Source of the DNA: Eledone cirrhosa
Taxonomy: Eukaryota
Length of the DNA: 64,000 nucleotides
Reading direction: 5' to 3'
Assembly (NCBI GenBank): GCA_964016885.1
Contig: OZ024740.1
Coordinates: forward strand, 208,630,001-208,694,000
Made by a program: the position numbers and the translations under genes. Below, in pieces: positions 23,425 through 36,549 of this stretch (position 1 is the stretch's first letter; each line of letters starts with the position of its first letter). A model generated the notes under the pieces. The model was not told the DNA's origin. It saw nothing but the letters and a program-made list of their open reading frames with translations, and searched no databases.

Positions 23425-26400
23425 CATGTGTGTGTGTGTTTGTAAAAAGAGAATAACTTCACCATACCCAGGAATTTCCTTAATTTTCCACTATACATAC
23501 ATATACACACTCATACACAAGCTGACAAGGTAATTCTAACCATAACCCTAACAGGTCTTAATTGTAATCCTAACTTTAACCCTAATATGTATATTGGCAA
23601 TGAATTTAGTGAATTAGAGAAGATATTTTCATTTTCTTCTTTTGAGATTTATTGTCACTACTACAAGAAAAATTAAGGTTATATTTCACTCTGCTTCACA
23701 TTTGAGTGGTTTTTAGTTTTATATTTTTTATTGTTTGTGAATTTGTAGAATTTGGTGAATTAGAGAAGATATTTTCATTTTCTTCTTTTGAGATTTATTG
23801 TCACTAATACAAGAAAAATTAAGGTTATATTTCACTCTGCTTCACATTTGAGTGGTTTTTAGTTTTATATTTTTTATTGTTTGGTCAGGAAGGTAGTTAC
23901 CATAACCCTTTTCATGGCCTCTAAATCAAAGTTGAAATAATGTCATGCTATTTATATGTGAAAGCCATTGTGTCTGTTTCTACCATTAGAGCTGGAGTTG
24001 TGTTGGATGGCTGGATGTTACCTTTGGATGACAATATTTATTCTCAAGTTACCCAACCAGTTTTAATGCTTAATACAGAAACCTTTCAGTGGAGAAAAAA
24101 CGTTCAGCAAATGAAAAACCTTGAATGTTTGGAACAAAATAGGATCATGCTAACATTATTGTAAGTCTATCATGAGATTGATGCAGTTAATGGTCCTTTT
24201 AAATAGATGTATGTTGACAACTGTTTTGGGAAAAACATGTGTAGGGAGGGAATTCCAGACAGTCACATTCTCGGGAGGAAGAACAGGACATAAGTTAGTG
24301 TGGGGTCTGAGAAGGGGACACTATGGCTAATGAGAAGAAAAATTAGTGTATATATAGAGGCTCTATATACAACAGCTTTATAAGCAGGTCACCTTCACTA
24401 CGGCTGCAAAACCACACTTCTCCTTCGTGTAATGGACAGTGGTGGGAGGCTAGTTTCCAAGGATATCTACAATGGTACATTCATGTGACCAAGTTTATAT
24501 AAGTAGAAGTGTTGATCATAAACAGTTAATATGCAGCAGTTGGAAATATGGCCACCTTCAAGACATAGGGAGATGGGGTGCTTAGTTACCAAGATAACTT
24601 GTTAGCATTTATCAATATTGGTTGTTAAAATGAGTGAGAGGCTTATACCAAGCAGATGTCTTTGGTACAATAGTGAATAGAAATCCTCAAGATTTTAGGG
24701 CAGATTCATTTGTCTTACAAATCAGTGATAAAGGGACATGGCTAAATACTAGATACTATTTAATGATTTACATTGGCAGAAAGTCACAAATCTATAGGGA
24801 ATGGAGTCTAGCTGATTGAATTGTCTCAATATATTACTGGTATTTATTGAATTTTGTGAAGCAAGATATCACAAATATTTACTATATTGACCCCTCAGTG
24901 ATTTGAACTTAGAATATAAAGCAAAGTAGCCAAACATTGTAAGGTATTTTGTCACCTGCTTTATAATCTTTAGCTTCAAAATAGTAATAATAATTGTTTC
25001 TACTATTGGCACAAGGCCAGCAATTACCCAGTACATTACTGTTACTTTATTTTATCGACCTCGTAAGGATGAAAGGCAAAGTTAACCTCAATAATTCTAC
25101 AGAGGCACAAGGCCAACAATTTGAAGGGGAGGGGAAAGTCGATTAAATTGACTCCAGTGCATTACTGGTGCTTTATTTTATGGACCCTGTAAGGATGAAA
25201 GACAAAGCTAACCTCAGCAGGATTTGAACTTAGAATGTAAAAGGCTGTAACTCTATGCTGGAAAGTAGGGTGTCCAATGCTCTACCGATACTGTCAATCC
25301 AAATAATAATAATATATTTCTAAAGATGTCTCACTAACTATTTCCATTTTCATTAACAGAGGAACATGTCACCAAAGCCCCACAGATTTCCAGTTCCTTT
25401 GCAACCACTATGTGGGGCGACTCATGAAGTTTTGTCACAATTTGGCACCGAAAGATGCTATAGACATCACTGGGAAAATGATGCAGGGATTTCTTTGTAA
25501 AATTCTTGGTAATTTGATTTGTCTTCTAAAAATGAAATGTTTGGTTTTATGACAAGAGCAGAGACACTCTCCTTTGACACACACTCACACACATATTTCT
25601 AAGATGATGACTGTATATTGCCTTAACTAGAATGTAAACAAATATAAACCAAACCCATGCTATTCACGAACTCGAGCAAATATAAACCCTTATCCTACAA
25701 TCAATCCTACTCACAAAACTAGTATCACACTAGCCATGAATTGAATTCAAACATGTCCTTCAAAACATCTCAGTAAAACATCAGCCAACCTGCTCCAATT
25801 ACTGGTATGAGGGTGACAGACATTGTCAGGCTACAGCTGTCATATTATGTAGTTTTTGTATTACTCTGCAGTGACTATTATATATATGATGATTGATCCT
25901 CTATTGGTTTCAACAAGGAACATTCAGTTATTCGATCAACTGAGCATCCAAATCATGAATGTGTAAGTGGTTGAGTACTCCACAGACACATGTCCCCATA
26001 AAGTAGTTTTAGGTTATGTAAGATGATTATTGTGAGTTTTCCCTGTTCCCATTAGAGGCTACACTGGGTCTCTTATGGACATCCTCATGCTGAAATACAC
26101 CACCAACAGGAACAAAATGGTAGACAGTACAAATCCCTAACACACAGCTGTGATGACATTGAAACTGCCTACATCTTTGGTTATGATGCAGCAACATGTC
26201 CTTTAGTAAAGTGATTGAATGTAGCAAGTTGATGTAGCAGGTAGGCATTCTAAACAGAACTATGAAGCTCCATAGAGACTCCCTGCGTACACTGTTGAGG
26301 ACCTTCTTGAAGTCAAAAAAGTTGACCACAAATGGCTGTTGGAACTTGTGACTCAGCTAAATGATATTGTTTAACATGAGGATTTATTCATTATGCAATC

Positions 26401-27244
26401 TTCCACCCCTAAATATGGCTGCTGTTTCTCTGAAGTGCTCATCAGCTGCCTTTGTCAGGCAGTCAAGAATGGCATTACAAAAAACCCTGGGCAGTTCATT
26501 AGCCAGGTCATTTTCTTATTCCATCATGATCCAATCCAATCCATTCTCACTCCTGTTGGAGGAACCCCTCCCTGATTCACCTCCACCACTTTCTATTTGG
26601 TTTTGGTTATATCAAGAGTGTAGCCATCCTCACCAGGTTTAGCCAATTGTTAGGGTGGATAACCATTGACTCTGAGGAATTAATCCGTCCTTTTAACATC
26701 TGTTGTTTGTCCTGTTAGGGTTCCACTTACCCTCCTCACTAGACCAGCGTCTGGTGGGGGAGCCAGTTTAATCGCTGACCACTCGATCATGAAGCATGTT
26801 GTACTGGGTTACAGTAGCCAGACCTTATATTGTCATAACATGTTTATAATCATTCGCTATGTTTGCAAGTCATCAAACTGGAGATACATAAATTACAGGC
26901 AGGAAGTGAGTGTAGGTGGGAGCTTTCAATACTATTATTGTCTGCGGTGAATTGGCAGTATTGGTAGAGGGTCGGACATGCTTTCCAGCATAGTTACGTC
27001 CCTTTACGATCTCAGTTCAAATCCCACCGAGTCTAACTTTGCCTTTCATCCTTACGGGGTCGATAAAATAAAGTACCAGTAATGTACTGGGTAATTGCTG
27101 GCCTTGTGTTAAAAGTAGAAACAATTATTGTCTAACAAATAAACTTTCAATTCTCTTGTAGGAATTGATGATGAAGAATTACACGAAGACCTACTAGCAG
27201 GGAAACATGACTGGCTTATCCGTGGAACTAATGTAAATTTGTGA
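9798..27244 (+). CDS. PAFAH2: Platelet-activating factor acetylhydrolase (PAFAH2/PLA2G7 family), 9 coding exons, 1254 nt, 417 aa
   Basis: Exons 9798-9980, 18562-18685, 18828-18999, 20484-20649, 22089-22202, 22849-22940, 23990-24160, 25360-25508 and 27162-27244 are all GT-AG with matching phases. Motifs: [52 protein letters not shown] (Ser), LDGWMLPL (Asp), [10 protein letters not shown] (His). Probably co-orthologous to vertebrate PAFAH2 and PLA2G7, so the symbol is approximate. Confidence 0.93.
10450..10822 (+). mobile_element. RTE 3'UTR fragment with (GAT)n tail
   Basis: Reverse complement of 11832-12210 at high identity. Confidence 0.85.
11450..11760. repeat. Local triplication of an RTE/SINE tail plus microsatellite unit (~125 bp)
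   Basis: (cat)n-cgtttaacgtccatcttccaggcttgcatgggtttgga repeated three times. Confidence 0.85.
11832..14900 (-). mobile_element. RTE-clade LINE, 5'-truncated, in PAF-AH intron 1 (partial APE endonuclease, RT, PHD finger)
   Basis: ORFs 14677-14880 and 12217-14667 are in one frame split by one TGA; GDLNGH, VDYIL, SQHRL (EN); [30 protein letters not shown] (RT); (GAT)n tail. Confidence 0.96.
15380..16192 (+). mobile_element. 3' fragment of RTE LINE (PHD-bearing family)
   Basis: CSIC..CTQC..WVHKRC..CSRC, then [25 protein letters not shown]; (GAT)n tail. Confidence 0.93.
16393..17101 (+). mobile_element. Probable solo LTR inserted in (TA)n
   Basis: ~700-bp unique block between TA tracts; ends ...ttcgttaCA; imperfect terminal IR (cgaagattcgaa vs ttcaaatattcg); TATAAA ~16645, AATAAA ~17008; U3-like short direct repeats. 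Confidence 0.55.
17649..17836 (-). mobile_element. SINE family A with 13-bp TSD
   Basis: gttggtatataat at 17636-17648 and 17837-17849. Confidence 0.9.
18562..18685 (+). CDS. PAFAH2: PAF-AH coding exon 2
   Basis: ctgcag|[24 protein letters not shown]...FNWFG|gtgag; phase 0 to 1. Confidence 0.88.
18828..18999 (+). CDS. PAFAH2: PAF-AH coding exon 3
   Basis: tttcag|...[37 protein letters not shown]|gtaac. Confidence 0.95.
20150..20437 (-). mobile_element. tRNA-derived SINE with 12-bp TSD
   Basis: tattagcatatc at 20138-20149 and 20438-20449; B-box-like ggttcgatcc on the - strand; related copies at 17305-17525, 19600-19750, 19880-20070. Confidence 0.88.
20484..20649 (+). CDS. PAFAH2: PAF-AH coding exon 4
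   Basis: ttccag|(R)[10 protein letters not shown]...FVLRNKQ|gtaagt. Confidence 0.93.
21128..21870. repeat. 36-42-bp minisatellite (attgactgtatctggtcctagtaccagtacctgttaac), roughly 19 copies, in intron 4
   Basis: Head-to-tail units, diverging toward the right end. Confidence 0.95.
22089..22202 (+). CDS. PAFAH2: PAF-AH coding exon 5
   Basis: ttccag|[21 protein letters not shown]...FDHFK|gtaatt. Confidence 0.92.
22849..22940 (+). CDS. PAFAH2: PAF-AH coding exon 6 (catalytic Ser)
   Basis: ttttag|[30 protein letters not shown]|gtaaat; GxSxG nucleophile elbow. Confidence 0.96.
23600..23884. repeat. Tandem duplication of ~146 bp
   Basis: gtgaattagagaagatattttc...tttttattgttt occurs twice. Confidence 0.9.
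23990..24160 (+). CDS. PAFAH2: PAF-AH coding exon 7 (catalytic Asp)
   Basis: cattag|[12 protein letters not shown]...[13 protein letters not shown]...|gtaagt. Confidence 0.95.
25360..25508 (+). CDS. PAFAH2: PAF-AH coding exon 8 (catalytic His)
   Basis: taacag|[13 protein letters not shown]...QGFLCKIL|gtaatt. Confidence 0.93.
26027..26480 (-). mobile_element. Degenerate LINE RT fragment
   Basis: [18 protein letters not shown] resembles the F.DF.KAFDSV.R..LW RT motif. Confidence 0.6.
27162..27244 (+). CDS. PAFAH2: PAF-AH terminal coding exon 9
   Basis: ttgtag|[26 protein letters not shown]; AATAAA candidates near 27496, 27634 and 27695. Confidence 0.88.
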
Positions 27245-29238
27245 AAAAACTGATCGTTGAAGATATCTGTGATAAAATTATTTTGAACAGTTCTAACACT
27301 GCAACAGCCAATAGAACCTTTATCACAAATTATTTTAACTCTTAACATCCCGTACCACATGAAAACACATTTGCAAAAGATTCTTGAAATGTAAAAGACA
27401 GTACAACGACTGTATCATTAAAAATTCAAGTCTCTAATATTGCAGATTTACTCAGCAATCTGTCTTCTAGTAAAGATACTAAAAACATTTGAATTAATAA
27501 ACTTATTTTTAGATATTTTGTGCTGAATCATTACAAGATGTTAAGAATGAAATGGTTGTCTCATCTACTCTTTACAATAGAAGAGATGACAACCATTAAA
27601 TAATTAGAAATCATGGTTCTGATAAAACTAAAATAATAAAAAAAGAAAAAATTGGATTTAATTGTATTCTTTTGTCAAAATTTACAGTGATTAAATAAAT
27701 GTCAAATTTTACAAAAGAATATGCTGGATAAATATTTATAAAATTTTCAACAAAACTTAATCAAATTCTTTACAGTTTCATTTCTTAGAATCCTTGGGGT
27801 TCTGAAAAAATATTTGAAAGGCAGAATAAGGCAACTTTTGGGCACCAGGAGGGAGGAAGCTTTTTTTTTTTTCTTTTCGGTGGGATGGCAGCAGATATCT
27901 ATGGGGACATAATGTCTTGGGCAGTTGTGGGAATTGAACCTATGACCTTATGATTGAGAGCCTAATACTTGACCACATGCCTTTTTACATTTTTAATTAT
28001 AAATATTGAAATAAAGAGTTTAGAAATGTTATGGAGCTTATTTACTTTGTAAGAGATTATTTTAGTGTTTGTTGCTTAGCAAGAAGTCAACCCTGATTGA
28101 ACTAAATTATTATGATTTCTATAGGCACGAGGCCAGCAATTTTGGAGGAAGGGAAAGTTGATCCCAGTGCATGACTTGTACTTCATTTTATTGACCCCAT
28201 AGGGATGAAAGGCAAAGCTACACAAAAAATTAGAATACACAGCAAACCCCCAATTTTACATATCAAAGTTAGCTTTGCACAATTAATTGGAATTGAAAAG
28301 TTATACAGGTATTAAATTCAAAAATTCTAACCATCCTAAAACTAAAAACCCAGCTGAGGGTACAAATAAATTGCGACGGTCGTTGCTAGTGAGCCCCTCC
28401 TGCCCTATTGTTGGGGCTTTGGGGTATTTGCCCCCCATTAAACCCATCCCAGGGTACAATGTGGTAAATTTAACCATTTTTAGCAGGTCATTAATCTATG
28501 CAGAGCATTTCCTAGTTGTAATATACAAGTTTGTAGACAGTATGAAGAACCCAGGTCATTTAGACCATATGATGTACATTGAGTTTCCTGAGGTAATTAG
28601 TGATAGATTCCATACATGTCTAAATGTATGTCATGTGAATCCGCTAATACTCTCCTGTTATATAAAGCAGGAATAAAGGACCACAACAGTGGAGCGGAAA
28701 GTATTTAAATGAAAATATGTTGCATTCAATTTCCCCACTCCAGTGATAACCATCTGGATAAAAGTACAGATATGGAGATGAGGATTAAAGTTCTACTAGA
28801 GAGTTCTTATTGAAGGGAGAGAACTTTTTTAGGGCTGAGGGTGATTGTCAGTTAAATAAACACTCAATAGCACCGAATACAGATTGGCACATTTAACGCC
28901 GAATCACAAAGTATGTTTTGATCAAGATGTCTGATGACCCTGTGAGAAGCAGGTGAAGCTCCAGAGTAACAAGACTCACTATTTAGCCTTAATTAAATTG
29001 AGGCGGTTTGGCAGTATCGGTAGAGCGTCAAACACTATGCTTGGCGGCAAAGAGTTATGGCCCTTCGCATTCTGAGTGCAAATCCTGCCGAGGTTAGCTT
29101 TGCCTTTCATCCTTAAAAGAACCAGTAATACACTGGAGTAATATAGGCCTTGTGCCAAAAGTAGAAATAATTAAATTAATATCTAAACTCCACTTTGGCA
29201 TTGAGTACTCTTTTCTTTTGGCCATCAACTACATAAGG

Positions 29239-32200
29239 ATCATCATCATCATCATCATCATCATCACCGTTTTACGTCCGTTCTTCCACGCTAGCATGGG
29301 TTAGACGGGTTGTCCTGTTGTGGGCAGTGTCTGGTCGGCTGACCATGCCTTGCTCATACAGGAACTGATTTGGCTTGATTTCTACAGCTGGATGCCCTTC
29401 CTAACACCAACCTCATTTACAGTGAGTGCTGGGTGCTTTTTTGTGGTGCCTACACGTCCACTTTACAGTGTGGGCTGGGTACTTTTTTGCCGTGGCACCT
29501 CCACGACCACCTTGTGGTGGGGGCATATTGTCTATATGCTTCAGCTTGTACCCATGGGAGGTCGGGTACTCTGTATGACGCCAGAGGCCACGGTCGTGTG
29601 TCATCGCCTTTGAGAGGTGTAATTGGGTAGGGTCGGCTTTTATCACCTCATCCCAGGTCATCTTGGGTCTCCCCACTCCGCGGTTTCCATCGACTTCTAG
29701 TGCTCTGCACCTTTTTATGCAGCTGTCATCCTTCATACGCATCACATGTCCATACCAGCACAACTGCCTCTCCTGCACACAGCATTTGATTCCTCTTATG
29801 CTCAGTCTCTCTCTCAATTCATTTATGCTTTGTCGTTCACGTATATTACTGTTACACATCCATCGGAGCATGCAGGCTTCGTTTCTCTCTAATCTACGTA
29901 AGTCTTCCACCTTCAGCGCCCAGGTCTCACTACCATGCAACATCGCTGTTCGGATACACGCATCATACAGTCTGCCTTTCATTGAGGGAGAAGCCTTTTG
30001 CAGCTAGCAGTGGTAGTAGTTCCCTAAACTTCTTCCATCCCGTTCTTACCCTAGTTATTGTACTTTCTGAACACCCACCTCCACTGCTAATTCGGTCACC
30101 TAGGTAGCAGAAGCTGTCTACTGTTTCTACAGAGCCCTCCCAGAGATTGGTGGTACTTGTTTCCTGTGGCTGTTTGCTGCTTGCTGTCCCAGCACAGCTG
30201 CTGCATGTGAAGCCTACATTCTTAATTAAGCTTCCTGAGATCCCGCTACATCTCTTGTGTACCCATTGTTTGCATTTGGGGCAGAGAATGGAGTTCCTAC
30301 CTACACCTTTCCTACATACTGAGCAAGGCCATTTCCTTGAGGGGATCTGGGTTCTGTTTTCTCGTCTACTTACAAGGACCTTAGTCTTTGTCATGTTGAC
30401 TTTGAGACCCTTTCTTTCTAGTCCCTGCTTCCAAGTTTGGAATTTATTCTCTAGTTCTACCATAGATTCAGCTATAAGTGCGAGGTCATCAGCATACAGG
30501 AGTTCCCATGGGCATCCGGTCTTAAACTCCTCCGTTATTGCCTGCAGGACTATGATGAACAGGAGGGGGCTAAGAACAGAGCCCTGGTGGACCCCCAACC
30601 TGTACGCTAAATTCCTTGCTATACTCATTGCTAATCCTAACTTTGCTGACTGCTCCCCTATACATGGCTTGTACCGCTTTCACAAGCCATTCATCTACTC
30701 CTAGTTTTCTAAGAGCCCACCAGATTACAGCACGTGGAACTCTGTCAAAGGCTTTCTCAAGGTCGACAAATGCCAAGTAGAGTGGCTTACTTTTAGCTAG
30801 GTACTTTTCCTGTAGCTGCCGCACAAGGAAGAGGGCATCAGTGGTGCCTCTTCCTGGTACAAACCCAAATTGCATCTCATCTATTTTCACCCGGTCCCTA
30901 ATCAACTGTGCTATAACTCTTTCTGTTACTTTCATGACTGGTCCATCAGCTTTATACCTCTATAGTTTCCTCTATCTAGTGCATCACCTTTACCTTTGTA
31001 GCAGTTGACAATGATGCTACTGCACTAATCTTTTGGTATGACACCTAGTATTACCTGGTTAACAATACGTGTGGTTATAGTGTGACCTACAGACCCAGAT
31101 GCCTTCAGCATCTCGGCAGCTATACCCAATGGACCTGTTGCCTTCCTCATCTTCATATCTTTGATTGCCTTACTTACTACGTTGTTGCTGACTTGTACTG
31201 CTGGCCCCTCTATAGGGTCTACTTGTGGTAGGGTCTCTTCTTCCAATGCATTTTCCTCATTTAGTAATCTATCATAATGACTCTTCCATGCATCTTTCTT
31301 CTCAGCACTTGTGAGGGCAAGCTCACCTTTATCATTCCGGATACACTTCTCTCCAATGACATCACAACTCTCTCTGACACACTGCCTCGCAATCTTGAAC
31401 ACCTCCTGTTTCTGGTCCTCACGTTGCAAAACATGCTTGAATTTTCTATCCTCTGCTTCCCTCCTAGCTAAGTATACTTGTCGCCTAGCTTCCCTCTTGG
31501 TCTCTATGTAATGTACCCTGCTCCCCCTGTTCTTCCATTCTTTCCATGCCTGTCTCTTGGCCTTAACTGCCTCATCTACCTTATTGTTCCACCACCAAGT
31601 CACTCTCCTCCTGCTTGAGGTCTTACTCCAGCCACAGACCTCATCCGTCGCCTCTAGTAAGTTATTTTTTAGGAACTCCCAGTTCTCTTCTACATTGAAT
31701 GTCTCTATCTGTTCTTCTTTACTGTCGTAGACGTTGAGTAAAATATCTTTAAATCTGTTACTGGTTGAGGGGTATTTCAGCTTCCAGATCTTTCTTCTCC
31801 AGGTTGGCCTCTATTTCCAGGTTCGTCTAGTTCTGACTGTGAGGTCGCTGACAACTAAGCTATGTTGGGATGTACATTCCTCACTAGAGAAGGCTTTCGT
31901 GTTTACGACCGTCCATCTGTCACGTCCTCTGATGAGGATAAAATCTATCTGACTAGAGTGCTCCCCTGATTTATAGGTGATCAGGTGGTTGTCGGGTTTT
32001 TTAAAGTTTGTGTTACATATCGACATGTCATTGGCATCGCAAAATTCTAGAAGTCTGAATCCTTCCTCATTTCTTGTGCCAACCCCATGTCCTCCATGTA
32101 CTCTATTAAAGCCGTCGCAGTGTTTACCTACATGTCCGTTAAAATCTCCTGCGATGATTAGGAAGTCATTGTCGTCTGTTAGAGCAGTAGTGTGCATTAG

Positions 32201-32690
32201 GGACTCGTAAAACCTATCCTTAAGTACGTCTGGCAGCCCCGATTGGGGTGCGTAAGCTGATATTATTGTGGTAATTGTTTTATTCAGGACTAGTCTGAGT
32301 TTAATGATTCTTGCATTTACCCTGTACACTGAGATTACTTTATCTACCCACTTGTCAGCTAGTAGTATACCTACACCACCCATCCCATCGTCATTTCCCA
32401 CCCAGAAAAATTTGTAGCACCGACTTTTTCCTACAAGGACTCTAGCAGACTCTCCTCTCCATCTAGTCTCTTGCACACAGCATACATCAATTTCCTTTCG
32501 CTCTAGCATTTCTACGATTTCTCCTGCTCTTCCTTTCATTGAGCCTACATTGATGGTACCAACTCGGAGTTTTGGGCATTTGTCGACACTCATAGGGAAG
32601 GGTCTCTGGATTGGCGCTTCACATGGGTGCTTGGTAGTTCACAGATTCATATTTCATCTAATGATTCAGAGTTGCTCAAATTTATTCTCA
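29239..32690 (-). mobile_element. Near full-length RTE LINE, frameshifted (APE EN, RT, PHD)
   Basis: RVGTINVGSM, VQETRW, SAYAPQ, GDFNGH, SQHSL; [15 protein letters not shown]; several frameshifts; (GAT)n tail at 29239-29266. Confidence 0.96.
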
Positions 32691-35076
32691 GCTCATCCAT
32701 CCATAACGATAGGAAAATTGAGGGCTAGAAGAACAGTGGTGGGGGGATAATGGCAGGGTGTGTTGGGCTGGGACAGGGGAGGAGAGAGTTAGTTAGGTAG
32801 TGGTAGTAGCAGAAGAAATGGCATGTGGAGGTTTGATTGGTCGAATAGGCTATGGTGGTGTGAGGGGGTGTGAGGTAGGGAGAGAGGGTCGCCGTCATAT
32901 ATATATATATATTGGATATATATATATATATCGTGTAACCCATGCTAGCGTGGAAGATGGACGTCAAACGATGATGATGATAAATAGATAGATAAGAGAG
33001 AGAGTTAGTTTTATAACACATTAGCAAACCATATTTGATATATGTTCAACACGAGTTAAAAATCCCTTTAGCCCCCATTAAATCCGGCCCTGCCAACATG
33101 TCCTTTTTTAATATAGATGGTACAGTGTAACTAGAAGGAAAATTGTTTCTTGTATGAAGCAGACCGAGGGGACACTTAAGGACCTTAGCATTAAGTACCC
33201 CCAATGATCAGTGGACCTTCATTTGGTGATGAGTGTTCTAGAACTTCGATCAACGGAACAGCTGTTCATAAAAAAATAACGTGTAAGTGACTGAGCATTC
33301 CACAGACACGTGTACTCTTAATAGAATTTTCAGTGAGATTCAGCATGACATTGTGTGTGGCAAAGCCGACCTTTTGAATTACAGGTAGAGTTCATCTGAT
33401 GGACTTCCAAACAGTTTCTGTCTACCCAATTTATTTCACAAGCATAAGTCAACCCAAGGCTGTGGTAAATGACACTTGCCCAATTGTTATCTGCCACAGC
33501 CTTGGGTCTGACCATTAACCTAAGAAAAGTTGCTCTGCTCAACATTATGTGGTTGTCATCATAGGCCATGAGCGTTCCTCCACGATGCTGCTTCTCATGA
33601 CCTCATCTGTAATCAAGACACTGCACTGTGGGATCAAATCTGGGACCTAATTAAAGTGAAACGGCCTTCTAAACCACTTGGCCATACTGTACCCACAAGG
33701 TGCAGTCTTTTCTTTCTGTAGTAACAGCACTGTAAACTTAACAAGGGTTCCAATTGTCTGCAGTAACCAACAATGGTCTGTTATTTCTACTCTACAGATT
33801 TTTTTCTAATTCAGTAGGATTGGGAGATTCCCAGATGATGGTGGAACAACATCTAGATATAGAAGTGAGATGTCCTGGACCGAACACAGATGTTATACCT
33901 TTGATGAAGTATAGCACCTGGCTACCATTTGTGGTTAATGTATTCGGCTCACAATCGCCAGGTCATGAGTTCGATTCCTGGTGGCGCGTTGTGTCCTTGG
34001 GCAAGATACTTTTTCATCTTCCTCCAGTCCACTCAGCTGGCAAAAATAAGTTGTACCTGTAATTCGAAGGAACAGCCTTGTCACGTTCGGTGTCATACTG
34101 AATCTCCCTGAGAACTATGTTAAGGGTACACGTGTCTATGGAATGCTCAGTCACGTACACGTTAATTTCACGAGCAGGCTGTTCTGTTGATCGGATCAAC
34201 TGGAACACCCATCATCGTAACTGACGGAGTGCCTCCATCACCATTCGGTCTAGGGTTACAGGTGCTGTCATGAGAAGCAGCATGATGGAGCAACAATCTC
34301 GGCCTATGGTGACAACCACATAATGTTAAGCAGAGGAACTTTTTCTGAGGTTAATGGTCAAGAATTACCAAGTATATTACTGCTAACATCTATAAACCTA
34401 GTGACCATAAATGTTTTTAAACTAAAGAAGGATAAATCCGATAAGTTCAATCAGAGATGAGTTCGGTAGAGAGAGATTATTACATAAGGCAATTGACGAC
34501 ATCCTCCTCCTTCTCATGAATACCAATAGCAAACATTATTGGCAGTATCGGTAGAGGGTTGGACGCCATGCTTTCTAGCATAGTTACGTCCCTTTACGAT
34601 CTCAGTTCAAATCCCGCCGAGGTTAACTTTGCTTTTCATCCTTACGGGGTCGATAAAATAAAGTACCAGTAATGTACTGGATAATTGCTGGCCTTGTGCC
34701 AAATGTAGAAACAATTAACATTTATAACCACCGCGCCCTAGTCCCAGAGCCCATTCATCCCCCCCACCCCTCGTCATTCTTCTCTGAGACATGAGTTCTT
34801 GCCATTCCCTCCCCTTTCCGTTTTTTTCTTTTTATCTTTTTTCTCTATATTTTCCTATTTTACATTCCTTTCTTTTTTCTCAATCTAAATTTTCATTTTT
34901 CTTTTTCTATCAAACTGTATTTACATGATATATTCCATAAGTAAATCGCTTGAAAGCGGTTTATAAATTTTAAATTTAATTCTAATTTCAAAGTGAATAG
35001 ACCAGAAAGTTTTTCTCTGAGAATTCCCTATACTCTGACGAAGGGAATTTTAAGTCCAGAAATATTAGCACGAAGG

Positions 35077-35108
<32 letters not shown>

Positions 35109-36549
35109 ACAAACAAACAAACAAATAAAAAAAATTACCAGGTAACTCTTTCGTTACCTTCATCTTACTGTCCATTTTGCAATGCTTAGCCTTCTTACAT
35201 TTATCACTTTCCACATTATAGACTAATGTTAAAAACACGGTAAAGTGCGTATGACGAGATTTGAACCTTAGACCCTTTGATAAGTAGATGGCCATTATAT
35301 CTTATCAATCAGCGGTGACTTGACACACATTGGATATCTGGGAACGATTATTTTACTTCATTTCTTCTTTCATAATTAATTGACTCTTCCAATCACGAGT
35401 GGAAGCTAGAAATAGTCATTGATTTCATTTGATTAGATTGTTATAAAAGTCAACTTGATAGCAGTGTAGGACATTCGTCCGGCACCTTGTTGGGGACTTG
35501 AGATGATACCACACCACCAGGCTTTTCAACGATGCGCCCACAGACTGAGAAAATATAGTTTGTATATATATATAAAAAATCCTGAAATACAGGAAGATGC
35601 CCCCCCCCCCCCGGTTAACGGGACCCTGTGCTTAAGCACAACGGTAAATCCGGCACTGTTCATATTATGGATTACTGGTAGATGATAGACGTTGCCTTTT
35701 CTGGCTAATATTTTTCCTTGGCATTTTTATTTAAAGGAACCACTATATTTGTCACGCCAACATCACCAATCGCAAACAAAGATATGCATATATTTTTACC
35801 AGTTCTATATGTTAATGGGTAATATCAGCTAGTGTGCCTTATTTGTTGCACACTTGGACGACTTCATTTCACTTATTCTTCACATTTTGAACTTCTTCCC
35901 GTAACTAATTACCCGAAGAGATATGAGAAATCGTCTTTTATTCATAGTTGTTTCTACTTTTGGCACAAGGACAGTAATTACTCCAGTGCATTACTGGTAC
36001 TTTATTTTATCGATCCCATGAGGATGAAAGGTAAAGTTAACCTCGGCAGGATTTGAACTCGGATCGTAAAGAGGCGTAACCCTCTGTCGCAAAGCATGGC
36101 GTCTGACCTTCTACCGATACTGCCAATCCTCAAAAATATAATATATTGTTTCTACTTTTGGCACAAGGCCATCAATTACTGGTACTTTATTTTATCGACC
36201 CCCCCCCCCCCCCCCGTAAGGATGAAAGGCAAAGTTAACCTTAAAAATATAATCTAATGCTTAACAAAACGAAAGCACAAACACATATACAAATATAAAC
36301 GCATAAAAGCCACAAAAAAGAACGAAAAAGGGGAGAGGGAAATTCACCACTAAGTACTACAATCGTCTGCATATCACATCACGGATTCTATATAACTGTC
36401 TTCAACACAGGAAGCTACAAAGTTTTCTTGGCAAGAAAATATGACAAAAGCCATAATGTTTCTCTTTACAACAACGAAGTCTTTAACTATTTCAAAACGG
36501 TCGATGTAAGTAAAGTTTATATCCTTTTTTATGGCGCTAAATTCATTAG

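Noticed and set aside
23533-23586. Interstitial telomeric repeat
   Set aside because: Only a few degenerate TAACCC units; common low-complexity motif
26945-27030. tRNA genes suggested by A/B boxes
   Set aside because: SINE heads continuing into a shared SINE body, with no complete cloverleaf
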